Origin: Minisyncoccota bacterium | Lineage (GTDB): Bacteria > Patescibacteriota > Minisyncoccia > Phycocordibacterales > UBA9973 | Assembly: GCA_036405895.1 (NCBI GenBank) | Contig: DASWWS010000002.1 | Coordinates: 20,903 to 84,902, forward strand | DNA length: 64,000 bases | Reading direction: 5' to 3' | In this document: piece by piece, positions 1 to 8,999 of the stretch | Layout of the letters: each line of letters opens with the position of its first letter | Numbering within the stretch: the stretch's first letter is position 1 | Made by a program: the position numbers and the translations under genes | The notes under the pieces: model-generated | Told to the model about the DNA's origin: nothing | Seen by the model: the letters and a program-made list of their open reading frames with translations, nothing else | Databases searched by the model: none

Positions 1-153
1 AGTATACTCATCGGTATTTCCGATAGCATAGCTGTAGTCTTGGTCGTAGTCATACGCCCCGTCCCATGCCGTGTCGACAATTTTGTATGCTGCGAACGAT
101 CCAACAACAACAAAAATCAAAAAATAGATAAGAGATTTTCGGACTGAAAACAT
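1..153 (-). CDS. Hypothetical membrane-anchored protein, 5' part only (runs off window start)
   Basis: ATG at 153 opens MFSVRKSLIYFLIFVVVGSFAAYKIV... with no stop to base 1; TATACT 8 nt upstream. Confidence 0.6.
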   Translation of the reverse strand, partial: MFSVRKSLIYFLIFVVVGSFAAYKIVDTAWDGAYDYDQDYSYAIGNTDEYT

Positions 154-190
154 GTGCTCTTAGTATATCACGGCTCGCGCGCGTGCAAAC

Positions 191-1378
191 TTATTTGTAA
201 TAGCGAGCAATGAATGACTGCTTATGCTCAAGAAAGCTTCCGTCGAGAATGCTCGCGCGCATTGCTTCTACCAGGCGCAATATAAAATGAAGATTGTGTA
301 TTGAAGCAAGTGTGCCGGCAGCAGACTCGTTCGCCCGGAACAAATGCGCAATATACGCGCGAGTGTGGTGGGTGCAGGTGTAGCAGGTGCAATCCTGTTC
401 GATAGGAGCAAAGTCTGTCATGAAGGCAGAGTTTTTGATATTGATGCGCCCGTCCGCGGTGTGGATGGTGCCGTGGCGGCCCATGCGGGTAGGCGCAATG
501 CAATCAAACAAATCGCACCCCGCCTCTACTGCATTAAAAATATCCATAGGCTCTCCGATACCGAGCAAGTGCCGCGGCTTGTTTTCGGGCAAGATCGCAT
601 TCACCCACCCTACAGCATTTCCAATATCGTCTTTTGTAAATGAGCCCCCAATACCAAAGCCGTCGAAATCAAGCGCACCAAGTGTTTTCGCTGCGTGTTC
701 GCGCAGGTCTTGATGGCGCCCGCCTTGAATCACGCCGAAGATTGATTGCTTCTTTTCTGTATCGAGCTCTTCGTGCCGTGCTAAAGAACGCAGTGCCCAC
801 TCATATGTTCGGTCGAGGGATTTTTTCTGGTATTCATACGGCGCAGTAGGGCTCGTGCATTCATCAAATGCAAATATCATATCGGCTCCGAGCTTCCATT
901 GTATTTCCATGCTTCGCTCAGGCGTGAACAGATGCTTGCTTCCATCGATATGGCTTTTGAATTCCACTCCTTCGTCGGTCACTGTTGCGAGCTGGCCTTT
1001 TGTCGTAGACACATCCTCAAGCGGAGCGTCATTGTTGCGAGTGACCTTGCTCACATGGCTTCCGAATGCAGCGCCGAGAGAAAATGCTTGAAACCCGCCT
1101 GAGTCCGTCATGGTCGGCCCGTGCCAGTCCATAAAAGGACCAAAGCCTCCCGCTTTTTCTATAATGTCTTCACCTGGCTGAAGGTAGAGGTGGTAGGTAT
1201 TTGCCAATACTACTTGAGCATTCAAGCTTCGCACCTGCTCCGCCGTGAGCGCCTTTACTGCGGCCTTTGTCCCCACGGTCACAAAAGCCGGTGTCTCGAT
1301 AGACCCATTCAGTGTTTCAATCACCCCTGCTCGCGCAAGTGTTCCGTCTAATTTTTTCTCTATAGTAAATTTCAGCAT
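191..1378 (-). CDS. tgt: tRNA-guanine transglycosylase
   Basis: ETPAFVTVGT, LANTYHL, TDSGGFQ, DEC, PRHLLGIG, Zn site CTCYTC...HN. Confidence 0.97.
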   Translation of the reverse strand: MLKFTIEKKLDGTLARAGVIETLNGSIETPAFVTVGTKAAVKALTAEQVRSLNAQVVLANTYHLYLQPGEDIIEKAGGFGPFMDWHGPTMTDSGGFQAFSLGAAFGSHVSKVTRNNDAPLEDVSTTKGQLATVTDEGVEFKSHIDGSKHLFTPERSMEIQWKLGADMIFAFDECTSPTAPYEYQKKSLDRTYEWALRSLARHEELDTEKKQSIFGVIQGGRHQDLREHAAKTLGALDFDGFGIGGSFTKDDIGNAVGWVNAILPENKPRHLLGIGEPMDIFNAVEAGCDLFDCIAPTRMGRHGTIHTADGRINIKNSAFMTDFAPIEQDCTCYTCTHHTRAYIAHLFRANESAAGTLASIHNLHFILRLVEAMRASILDGSFLEHKQSFIARYYK

Positions 1379-1426
1379 TACAAAGACATACTAGCAGGAA
1401 TTGAGGAAATAAAAAGCTAAATATTA

Positions 1427-1522
1427 GCATTCGAGCAAAAAGAAAAATATGCTTCGAAGCTGTGTCTGAGGGCTTTAGACCGAGTTCTGCAGAAGCATAT
1501 TTTTCTTGTTTGCGAAGAATGC
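1427..1522. repeat. Long imperfect intergenic hairpin (family 2, AGAAAAATA...TATTTTTCTTG arms)
   Basis: 1440-1455 pairs perfectly with 1492-1507; bulged G1508; further pairs 1435-1439/1509-1513 and 1427-1432/1517-1522. Confidence 0.7.
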
Positions 1523-1530
1523 GTACTCTA

Positions 1531-2286
1531 CTATCTCACCACCACCCACTTAAGGGCGGTAAGATTTACTGGCGCTTTTGCAAGGAGGCGCTGGAACGGG
1601 TCGCGCGGGTCAGTGATGATTTTCTGCACTTCAGCCAATACTGCCGGGTACACGCTTTGAAGCGCAATTGCAGAGCCAATATCAAAATGCACGTCGCGCG
1701 GCATGCGCACTTCGTATTCCCCGCCCCCGCGCCCAATCAATGTCACCGCAACATCGCTTCCCACTGCAGTTCCGCTTGTTTCGCGGCCCGGTGCACTGAA
1801 GAGTGTTACTACTGCAGTATTGTCTGATACCGAGCTGACAGTTCCGAGTGCGATGGCATTAAATGCATATGCCTGTTGTTCCACTTGCACCCCCTGCATG
1901 CTTCCTGCATCAATCACAAACGTGTCATAAAAGCTGCGGTTGGGCACAGTGAGCACATGGGCCAAAATTCCGCGCGACTGAGGGTCGCGCCCTAGCTCTG
2001 CTTTCAGGGCAGTATTCTCGCTCTGAAGCAGTGAAACTCCTGCAATGTGCGAATTGTAGCTATCAAGCGTGCTTTGCAGTTCGTAGAGCTTTGTCGAGAG
2101 CTGTTTGCGTGACATCAGTGCTGTATCAAAAGAGTCCGGGTACAAAGGGATAATCGCTTGCGCCTGCGACTTCACAAGGGCTCGCGCAATAAACACAACA
2201 GCTACCACGGCAACAACAATGCCGGCAACGCGGAGCAGTATATTGAGAGGGTTTTGTTTTCGACGGGTGGTTTTATATTGTGACAT
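1531..2286 (-). CDS. mreC: Rod shape-determining protein MreC
   Basis: N-terminal TM, coiled coil (LQSENTALKAEL), IDAGSMQGV motif; directly after mreB. Confidence 0.88.
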   Translation of the reverse strand: MSQYKTTRRKQNPLNILLRVAGIVVAVVAVVFIARALVKSQAQAIIPLYPDSFDTALMSRKQLSTKLYELQSTLDSYNSHIAGVSLLQSENTALKAELGRDPQSRGILAHVLTVPNRSFYDTFVIDAGSMQGVQVEQQAYAFNAIALGTVSSVSDNTAVVTLFSAPGRETSGTAVGSDVAVTLIGRGGGEYEVRMPRDVHFDIGSAIALQSVYPAVLAEVQKIITDPRDPFQRLLAKAPVNLTALKWVVVR

Positions 2287-3316
2287 GGTCAGTTAAAGGA
2301 ATGATAACAGAAGTATACTCCTCGAACTGGTCGAGGATAATCCCTGTTCCTCGCGCAACAGCCGAAAGCGGGTCGGGGGCAACATGTACCGGGAGCTTCA
2401 GCTCTTCTTGTAGCAAGCCCTGTAGTCCGCGCAAGAGCGCGCCTCCGCCGGTGAGCACTATCCCGCTTCCGATAATATCAGCAACCATTTCAGGCGGCGC
2501 AGTTTCCAATACTTCTTGGATGCCCACCACTACCAATGCAACAGACCGAGCGATTGCTTCGCGAATATCGCCGTCGGTGATCATCAAAGCTTTCGGGAGG
2601 CCGGACACCAAGTCGCGACCGCGCACTTCTATTTCCATATAATCTGTTTCGCTTGCGCTCCCCAAAGAAAGTTTTACATTCTCCGCTGTCGGCTCCCCGA
2701 TCAATAATTTAAATTCGTCTCGCATGTACTCGACAACGCGCATGTTGAAGTGATCGCCCGCAACTTTCAAGTTAAGCGACCGCACTATTCCTCCCAGTGC
2801 AATGAGTGCAACGTCGGTTGTTCCCCCTCCAATGTCGACAATAAATGTCGCCGTTGAAGAAAGCACCGGCAAGCGCACGCCAATAGCCGCAGCCATTGCC
2901 TCTTCCACCAAATACACCTCGCGCGCTCCCGCATCGATTGCTGCATCATAGACTGCGCGCATTTCAACGTTGGTGATGCCGCTTGGCACACCAATCACCA
3001 CGCGCGGGCGGAAGAATTTCGGCGAGAGTTTCTCGGCTTTTCGGATAAAGTACGCAAGCATCTCTTCGGTCATTTCAAAATCACTTACCACTCCTTCGCA
3101 CAACGGGCGCACGATTTGGATGTGGGCGGGGGTCTTGCCCCACATGTTCTTTGCTTCGCGCCCCACTGCCACGATCTGTCCGGTCTTTTGGTTTACCGCC
3201 ACAATCGACGGCTCGTTGATGATAATGCCGTGCCCCTTCAAATACACGAGCGTATTCGCCGTGCCCAAATCTATCCCTATATCATTGGAAAACTTTTCGT
3301 AAAAACTTTTAAACAT
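2273..3316 (-). CDS. mreB: Rod shape-determining protein MreB/Mbl
   Basis: IGIDLGTANT, VDIGGGTTD, LTGGGALL; start placed at ATG 3316. Confidence 0.96.
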   Translation of the reverse strand: MFKSFYEKFSNDIGIDLGTANTLVYLKGHGIIINEPSIVAVNQKTGQIVAVGREAKNMWGKTPAHIQIVRPLCEGVVSDFEMTEEMLAYFIRKAEKLSPKFFRPRVVIGVPSGITNVEMRAVYDAAIDAGAREVYLVEEAMAAAIGVRLPVLSSTATFIVDIGGGTTDVALIALGGIVRSLNLKVAGDHFNMRVVEYMRDEFKLLIGEPTAENVKLSLGSASETDYMEIEVRGRDLVSGLPKALMITDGDIREAIARSVALVVVGIQEVLETAPPEMVADIIGSGIVLTGGGALLRGLQGLLQEELKLPVHVAPDPLSAVARGTGIILDQFEEYTSVIIPLTDHVTI

Positions 3317-4559
3317 GCGTAACTTTTGCAATTGCTTCCATTGTATTCATTACTTCTCCCTTCTCTGCTGTGCGGTGCTTGTATTCAACCCCGCCGGCTG
3401 CGATGGATCGGTCAGAAACAACAATGCGGTGCGGAATACCGATAAGGTCGGCGTCGGCAAACTTCTCGCCTGCCTGCGCACCCATTCTGTCGTCAAAGAG
3501 TACTTCGACTCCTTGAGTTGTTAATTCAGCATACAATTTCTCTGCTTCGTCTTTTGACCCTTCGCCCAATTGAAGCAAATGCACAGCAAACGGTGCAATA
3601 GATTCCGGCCATACAATTCCCTTCTCGTCAGAGAGCACCTCAACGACAGTACCGATTAATCGAGTAATGCCGATGCCGTAGGAGCCCATAAATACAGGGA
3701 TTTCATTTCCATCAGCGTCTTTATACGTAAGATCGAACGGTTCGGAGAACTTTGAACCCAGTGAGAAAATATTCCCGACCTCGATTGCTTTCTTTTCTAT
3801 AAGCTCTTCCTTTGTAAGACCAATCTCTGCAAGCACCTCATCGGTATACACCTCTTTGTTTACTGCAATACCTTTCTCTTTTGAAACATAAATAATATCC
3901 TCTCCCGCTTCTGAAACAGTTTGAAATTCGTGCGAATATTTTGAAAACGTACCGCCAGACGCAAAAGTAATATATGTAGATTCGCCAAGGCCCGCCCGCT
4001 CGTACACACGCTTGTACGCGCCTTTTATTTTCTCATAAAAGAGATTGTGCTGTTCGAGGTCGGTTGAAAACGAATAGAGTGCCTTCCAATAAAATTCGCG
4101 TCCGCGCATGATTCCTGACTTGCTGCGTGTTTCATTTCTAAAGATTGTTTTGAAGTCGTACGGATAGAGCGGCAGGTCTTTGTACGAATTAACAAAACTT
4201 TTTACGATGTTCGAGTATGCTTCTTCGTTGGTAAATGAAAGGCCGACTTCTGTGCCATTCTTCAGCGTTGTTTTAAACCAATTGTCCACCACCTCATCGT
4301 CCCAGCGGTTTGTCTTCTCCCACACTTCCTTGCTCTGAAGCGCCGATGTTTTCATCTGCACGCCCCCCACAGCATCCATCTCTTCTTTGACGATGCTAAT
4401 CACCTTCTCCATAACCCGCTGCCCCAATGGAAGCATGCTGTAAACGCCTGCCATTTCCTTGAAAATGTAGCCTGCACGGATCAAAAGCTGCGCGTTTTTA
4501 GCAACCTCATCGGCCGGGCTTTCTTTCTTGGTTTTCGTAAACAATTGGCTTTGGCGCAT
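3309..4559 (-). CDS. proS: Prolyl-tRNA synthetase (short form without editing insertion)
   Basis: MRQSQLF, LLIRAGYI, FRNETR...GIMRGREF, MGSYGIGITRL, GEKFADADLIG. Confidence 0.95.
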   Translation of the reverse strand: MRQSQLFTKTKKESPADEVAKNAQLLIRAGYIFKEMAGVYSMLPLGQRVMEKVISIVKEEMDAVGGVQMKTSALQSKEVWEKTNRWDDEVVDNWFKTTLKNGTEVGLSFTNEEAYSNIVKSFVNSYKDLPLYPYDFKTIFRNETRSKSGIMRGREFYWKALYSFSTDLEQHNLFYEKIKGAYKRVYERAGLGESTYITFASGGTFSKYSHEFQTVSEAGEDIIYVSKEKGIAVNKEVYTDEVLAEIGLTKEELIEKKAIEVGNIFSLGSKFSEPFDLTYKDADGNEIPVFMGSYGIGITRLIGTVVEVLSDEKGIVWPESIAPFAVHLLQLGEGSKDEAEKLYAELTTQGVEVLFDDRMGAQAGEKFADADLIGIPHRIVVSDRSIAAGGVEYKHRTAEKGEVMNTMEAIAKVTHV

Positions 4560-4603
4560 ATAGACTCATATTCGCACAAAACGGCAAAAAAAAGAAGTAT
4601 GTA

Positions 4604-4632
4604 TTGATAAAAAGGCCTTTAAATGCTATAGT
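4604..4632 (+). promoter_or_regulatory. sigma70 promoter for rpsB-tsf
   Basis: TTGATA-17nt-TATAGT with TG extension; the following leader has two small hairpins. Confidence 0.6.
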
Positions 4633-4701
4633 AACGGCTCGTCATTTGGACGAATTATTCAGATAAAAAGGGTGCCCAATGGCACTCTGCTACAGATTGT
4701 T

Positions 4702-5376
4702 ATGAAAAAAATAGAACCTACTACCCTCATGGAGGCGGGCGTACACTACGGCTACAGCCGTACTCGCCGCCACCCTACCGTTACCAACTTTATTTATGGT
4801 AATAAAAACGGCGTTGATATTATCGACGCTGAAAAAACAGCTGCATCTCTCGAGAAAGCCGGAGAATTTTTGGCGTCTCTTGGGGCAGCCGGAAAGAACG
4901 TACTTTTCGTTGGCGTAAAGCCTGAAGCGCGGGGTGCAACTATCGCAACAGCGGGTGCACTCTCTCAGCCATTCGTTACAGAACGATGGATCGGAGGCAT
5001 GCTCACCAACTTCGTTCAGATGAAGGTGCGCATCCAGAAGCTCGAAAAGATGCGCGAAGACCGCACTAACGGCGAATTTGAAAAGTACACCAAGAAAGAA
5101 CAGATTCTTCTCACTCGTGAGATGGCTCGCTTGGACAAATACTTTGCGGGCGTTGTAGGACTCTACAAAATGCCGGAAGCAGTCGTAATCATTGACCCGA
5201 AAAAGGAATCAATCGCGCTCTTGGAAGCTCGCAAGATGAACATCCCTGTTATCTCTATCGGAAACACTGACTGTTCAGTACGCGGCATTGAATACCCTAT
5301 TGTTGCAAATGACAGTTCTACCTCGAGTATTGCGGCTATCCTTGGTATACTCAAGGACGCATTCGAAGGAAAGTAA
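4702..5376 (+). CDS. rpsB: 30S ribosomal protein S2
   Basis: LMEAGVHYG, RWIGGMLTNF, YPIVAND; start at ATG 4702. Confidence 0.97.
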   Translation: MKKIEPTTLMEAGVHYGYSRTRRHPTVTNFIYGNKNGVDIIDAEKTAASLEKAGEFLASLGAAGKNVLFVGVKPEARGATIATAGALSQPFVTERWIGGMLTNFVQMKVRIQKLEKMREDRTNGEFEKYTKKEQILLTREMARLDKYFAGVVGLYKMPEAVVIIDPKKESIALLEARKMNIPVISIGNTDCSVRGIEYPIVANDSSTSSIAAILGILKDAFEGK

Positions 5377-5431
5377 TTTCCTATTCCTCTGCAATGGGGC
5401 GTATATTTTCAGCTTAAATTTTTAACCCACT

Positions 5432-6208
5432 ATGATCACTACAGAACAAGTAAAGGAACTTCGCGACAAGACAGGTATCAGCGTTATGCAGTGCCGCAAA
5501 GCGCTTGAAGAAGCCGAAGGCGACATGGACAAGGCTGTTATCCTCCTTCAGAAGAAGGGTGCGGATATTGCTGCAAAGAAAGGCGACCGCGATGCTTCAG
5601 ACGGCACAGTAGTTGTACGCACTGACGGCAAGCGCGCGCTTACTCTTATCCTTAACTGCGAAACTGACTTCGTGGCAAAGAACGAAGACTTCGTAGCGCT
5701 TATTAACAAGCTCGCTGACGTAGCGTGGGAAAGTGGCATCGATGCTATGCGCGAAGCTGCACCGGCTCTCATCAGCGATGTAGTGCTCAAGATCGGGGAA
5801 AAGATCGAGCTTGGCCAAGTGGAAGAAATCTCAGGCGACGCTGTTGGCGCATACACTCACCACACCGGCAAAACTGCTGCTGTGGTAGTGCTCGCTGGCG
5901 GAACTCCTGATGTTGCAAAAGACATCGCAATGCATGTTACTGCAATGAAGCCTGCATTCCTCTCAGGAACTGAAATTTCTGAAGAGAACAAGGCAAACGT
6001 TATGGAAGTATTGAAAGCGGAAGTTGAAAATTCTGACAAGCCTGAAGAAATGAAAGCAAAAATCCTTGAAGGAAAGATCGCATCATTCTTCAAAGAGCAG
6101 ACCCTTCTCGACCAGCCATTCTTCAAGACTCCTGAAAAGACCATTGAACAGTTCGCAAAAGACAATGGAGCGACAGTCGAAAAGTTTGTGATCTATAACG
6201 TAGCATAA
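5432..6208 (+). CDS. tsf: Elongation factor Ts
   Basis: VKELRDKTG, NCETDFVAKN, DIAMHVTA, LLDQPF. Confidence 0.97.
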   Translation: MITTEQVKELRDKTGISVMQCRKALEEAEGDMDKAVILLQKKGADIAAKKGDRDASDGTVVVRTDGKRALTLILNCETDFVAKNEDFVALINKLADVAWESGIDAMREAAPALISDVVLKIGEKIELGQVEEISGDAVGAYTHHTGKTAAVVVLAGGTPDVAKDIAMHVTAMKPAFLSGTEISEENKANVMEVLKAEVENSDKPEEMKAKILEGKIASFFKEQTLLDQPFFKTPEKTIEQFAKDNGATVEKFVIYNVA

Positions 6209-6221
6209 GCAGGGCCGTTGT

Positions 6222-6608
6222 ATGGTTACAACACTCCTCATTGTTCTCGCTGTACTTATTGTCCTGTTCTGGCTCTCTGTCATGCTTCTGTGGTGGCACG
6301 AAAGCGAGGCGCGCGAACACGCAACCCTTGACCGCGTAGCCATGCGCCAAGTAGAGCGGGCTATCCGCCTGACGCGCCGCAGCTACTATGCAGGAGCGCT
6401 CTATACCCGCCGTGCATTCAATTGGGGAAATAAGAGCGTAGCCCGAGCCTTTGTTCACGTGTTCCCGAAAGCAGCCCCCCTATTCCAAAAGCATGATGTG
6501 CTGGCAGGCCTTGAAAGCGGCCCTTCCTCATACTTCCTTCACAGCATTTCACGCTCAAAGGAAGAGGGTGAAAAGCCGAAAATCCGCAGAAAGAAAATAG
6601 TTGCATAA
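6222..6608 (+). CDS. Hypothetical protein with N-terminal TM helix
   Basis: ORF co-directional with tsf, hydrophobic N-terminus, PSSYFLHSI motif, basic tail. Confidence 0.7.
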   Translation: MVTTLLIVLAVLIVLFWLSVMLLWWHESEAREHATLDRVAMRQVERAIRLTRRSYYAGALYTRRAFNWGNKSVARAFVHVFPKAAPLFQKHDVLAGLESGPSSYFLHSISRSKEEGEKPKIRRKKIVA

Positions 6609-6628
6609 AATCGTTTTTTCATTATAAT
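6601..6628 (+). promoter_or_regulatory. Promoter for tRNA-Thr
   Basis: TTGCAT-16nt-TATAAT, 38 nt before the tRNA. Confidence 0.55.
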
Positions 6629-6666
6629 GAAAAAACTCGAGAGTTAATTTATTAACACTCGGGTAC

Positions 6667-6742
6667 GCCGCTTTAGCTCAGTTGGTAGAGCTACACTTTT
6701 GTAAAGTGAGGGTCGTCAGTTCGAGTCTGACAAGCGGCTCCA
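6667..6742 (+). tRNA. tRNA-Thr(UGU), CCA encoded
   Basis: Acceptor GCCGCTT/AAGCGGC, D arm GCTC-AGTTGGTA-GAGC, anticodon loop TT-TGT-AA, T arm GTCAG-TTCGAGT-CTGAC. Confidence 0.95.
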
Positions 6743-6785
6743 ATAATAAAAACCCCATTCCTAGGAATGGGGTTTTTATTATTGG
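6740..6785. terminator. Bidirectional intrinsic terminator (perfect 46-bp palindrome)
   Basis: CCAATAATAAAAACCCCATTCCT|AGGAATGGGGTTTTTATTATTGG overlapping the tRNA CCA. Confidence 0.8.
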
Positions 6786-6861
6786 TCACCACATTTGTCA
6801 TCCTCTCGAACCGAAGACCTTGTTCCGAGGGTCTTTCGAGTCTGACTTCTAGCAACAACAC

Positions 6862-6910
6862 TCAGAAGGACCGTCCTTCTGAACCTGAGCGGGGACGGTC
6901 CTTGCTAGGT
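6862..6910. repeat. REP-like palindrome doublet (A unit + degenerate B unit)
   Basis: TCAGAAGGACCGTCCTTCTGA followed by ACCTGAGCGGGGACGGTCCTTGCTAGGT. Confidence 0.85.
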
Positions 6911-6921
6911 ATTCTGCACGA

Positions 6922-8310
6922 CTATTTCACCTCCCCTATCAACACTTGGCACGAGCCGTGGTTTGCGATGGCGGTGAAGTTCACTTTTGGAGCAAGGGTA
7001 TCAAGAAGAAGTGCTGTCTCTGCGCCACAACTCCCTCCCGCCTGACACTGCAGTAAGTCGCATGAGTTGAAATAGAGGAAATCAATATCATTTTCATTAC
7101 TATCAAATGCAATAAGATATTTGGCAGTCGTTTCAAAAGAACCAATCAATCGGACTGGTGCAAACGCCGCAATTGAAGGGTGCGTGGAGAGCACGGTCGC
7201 ACCAGGATACTCTCTGAAGCTTTTGTAGTACTCCTCGAGGATTTTATTCTTACCAAAACCGATGTTTGCGTGGAGCATGAGGAAAAATCCCGCAACCGCA
7301 AGTATTGAAACCGCACTAACGAGGACGGTCCTCGTTAGTGTTTTGGTGCGAGAAAAGAGGGTGGCAATACCAAGACCTGCCAAGAGTGCCAGAGGGGCAA
7401 ATGCCGGCATAATATAGCGCGGTTCTTTATGCTCCTCCATGCTGAAATAAAGAAAGAATGACACTGCAACAAAAGCGAGTATTCCGATAACAATATTCTT
7501 TGTCTGCTCATTCTTTTTGTAAAAGAAAAACGGTATGAGAGAAAATATGACCAATGGTGCGCCCAATACTAGTACGCCGACATAAAACAATGCATGCTCC
7601 CTGTAGAGAAAGCTCACTTCGTGTGCAACCCGCGCGCCTTCAGTGATAGGCATCAGTGCCCCACCAAAGAGAAAGATATTGCTGATGAGGTATGTCGCGA
7701 GAATAAGGAGGGCCCCAAGCGAAAAATGCATTCCGCGTTTTATAACAACAGAAATATGCTTTGTTTCTATCCATGCCTGCACTGCAAGCGCGATGCCAAA
7801 GAGCGGGATTAACAATCCGTATGGAAAGCGAAGCAAGAGCATTACTGCCGTTACCACCCCTCCCCACACATACGCACGCTTAATAAAAAGAATATAAAAT
7901 ACTATGAAAAATCCGAGTACCCCAAATACTTCAGTGGTTGGAAGCGTGCTAAACGTATTAAACAGTGTGGCACTTGCAAGCACTACAGCTGCCCACCCGC
8001 CGGCAGTTGGCATATACTGCTCTCCTACTTTGTACGCCACATAGAGTGCACCAAAGGATGCAAAAATGGTGAGCCCTATTGCCCATGCAATGGGGATGCC
8101 GAACAATGCCCCAAATGAAAACAACAATGGCAGCAGTGGCGGGCGGTACACTTCCCAAAATCCTAAGCTTCCGAAACTTTCAATGTAGCGCCCCATGCCG
8201 ACATACACAGCGGCATCCCATGCAAACGCAGAGGGCCACAGTAGAAGGTACACAATGCGGCAAGCGAGAATGCCGAGCGCTATGACAAACAGCAGCCGCG
8301 ACAATTTCAT
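6922..8310 (-). CDS. GT-C fold membrane glycosyltransferase (PMT/ArnT-like)
   Basis: Many TM helices, WDAAVY, YRPPLLPLL, KEPRYIMPAF. Confidence 0.8.
   Translation of the reverse strand: MKLSRLLFVIALGILACRIVYLLLWPSAFAWDAAVYVGMGRYIESFGSLGFWEVYRPPLLPLLFSFGALFGIPIAWAIGLTIFASFGALYVAYKVGEQYMPTAGGWAAVVLASATLFNTFSTLPTTEVFGVLGFFIVFYILFIKRAYVWGGVVTAVMLLLRFPYGLLIPLFGIALAVQAWIETKHISVVIKRGMHFSLGALLILATYLISNIFLFGGALMPITEGARVAHEVSFLYREHALFYVGVLVLGAPLVIFSLIPFFFYKKNEQTKNIVIGILAFVAVSFFLYFSMEEHKEPRYIMPAFAPLALLAGLGIATLFSRTKTLTRTVLVSAVSILAVAGFFLMLHANIGFGKNKILEEYYKSFREYPGATVLSTHPSIAAFAPVRLIGSFETTAKYLIAFDSNENDIDFLYFNSCDLLQCQAGGSCGAETALLLDTLAPKVNFTAIANHGSCQVLIGEVK
7314..7340. repeat. REP-like palindrome unit inside a coding sequence
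   Basis: CACTAACGAGGAC-G-GTCCTCGTTAGTG; 23-bp core identical (reverse strand) to 57749-57771. Confidence 0.8.
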
Positions 8311-8311
8311 A

Positions 8312-8998
8312 TTAATTCTGAGGCGTTACAGGAGTCTTTGGAGCCGGATTCGTAATAGCACTTGGAAGGACAGCTGTGATTTCAGCAAGAGACTTAAAGC
8401 CGTTGACGGTCACGCCGTCTATCACAAGCGCCGGAAGCTGGTCGTTGATGCCATACACGGTCTTGAGCGTTTTAATCGTTGTCAGATCAAGATTTGAATC
8501 AAACGAATAGATGCGCACGTCGTCGTATTTGTTGCGAAGCGCGTCGAGGACATATCCTTGCTTCACGCAGTCCGGACAGACATTTTTGTCAGTATAAAAA
8601 TAGAGGATAGTGACCGGCAGGTTGTTGCAGCGCTCTGCAATTTGTTTTGAAATGACAAAGTCCTTCACCTCCAAAATAGAATACTGCTTTTTGAGTTCAA
8701 GCGAGTCCGCGGCTGATGTTCCGTTTTCTTCGGTGTAGGTAATGCGCTCGGCAAGATTTGCAATTTCTTTTGAAAGATAGGTATTGCCCACATCTTCGCA
8801 GGAAAGGTCTTTAATTAAGTCGAGCTGCGTTTCAGAAGAGAGGATGTCGGTTGCAACACGGTCCTGCAGGTCGCGAATATTCTGAAGCTTGCGCTCGGTG
8901 ATGTACGAGCTGAGAAATACCGCTCCTCCGAAAATGCCGGAAGTTAAGAGAAAGGCGAGAAGATATTTGCTCCATTTGTATCGGTTGAAAAAATTCAT
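8312..8998 (-). CDS. Membrane-anchored protein with C-terminal thioredoxin-like CxxC domain
   Basis: N-terminal TM; ILYFY...CPDCVKQGYVLD; YGINDQLPALVIDG. Confidence 0.7.
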   Translation of the reverse strand: MNFFNRYKWSKYLLAFLLTSGIFGGAVFLSSYITERKLQNIRDLQDRVATDILSSETQLDLIKDLSCEDVGNTYLSKEIANLAERITYTEENGTSAADSLELKKQYSILEVKDFVISKQIAERCNNLPVTILYFYTDKNVCPDCVKQGYVLDALRNKYDDVRIYSFDSNLDLTTIKTLKTVYGINDQLPALVIDGVTVNGFKSLAEITAVLPSAITNPAPKTPVTPQN

Positions 8999-8999
8999 A

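Noticed and set aside
6667-6742. tRNA-Thr as a pseudogene because of the A-A pair in the anticodon stem
   Set aside because: All other arms, CCA, promoter and terminator are intact; a mismatch at this terminal pair is tolerated
6767-7045. ORFs 6767-7045, 44505-44903 and 63633-63866 sharing peptides such as KDRP or LARTVL
   Set aside because: Similarity comes from reading through the REP palindromes; they are antisense to real genes
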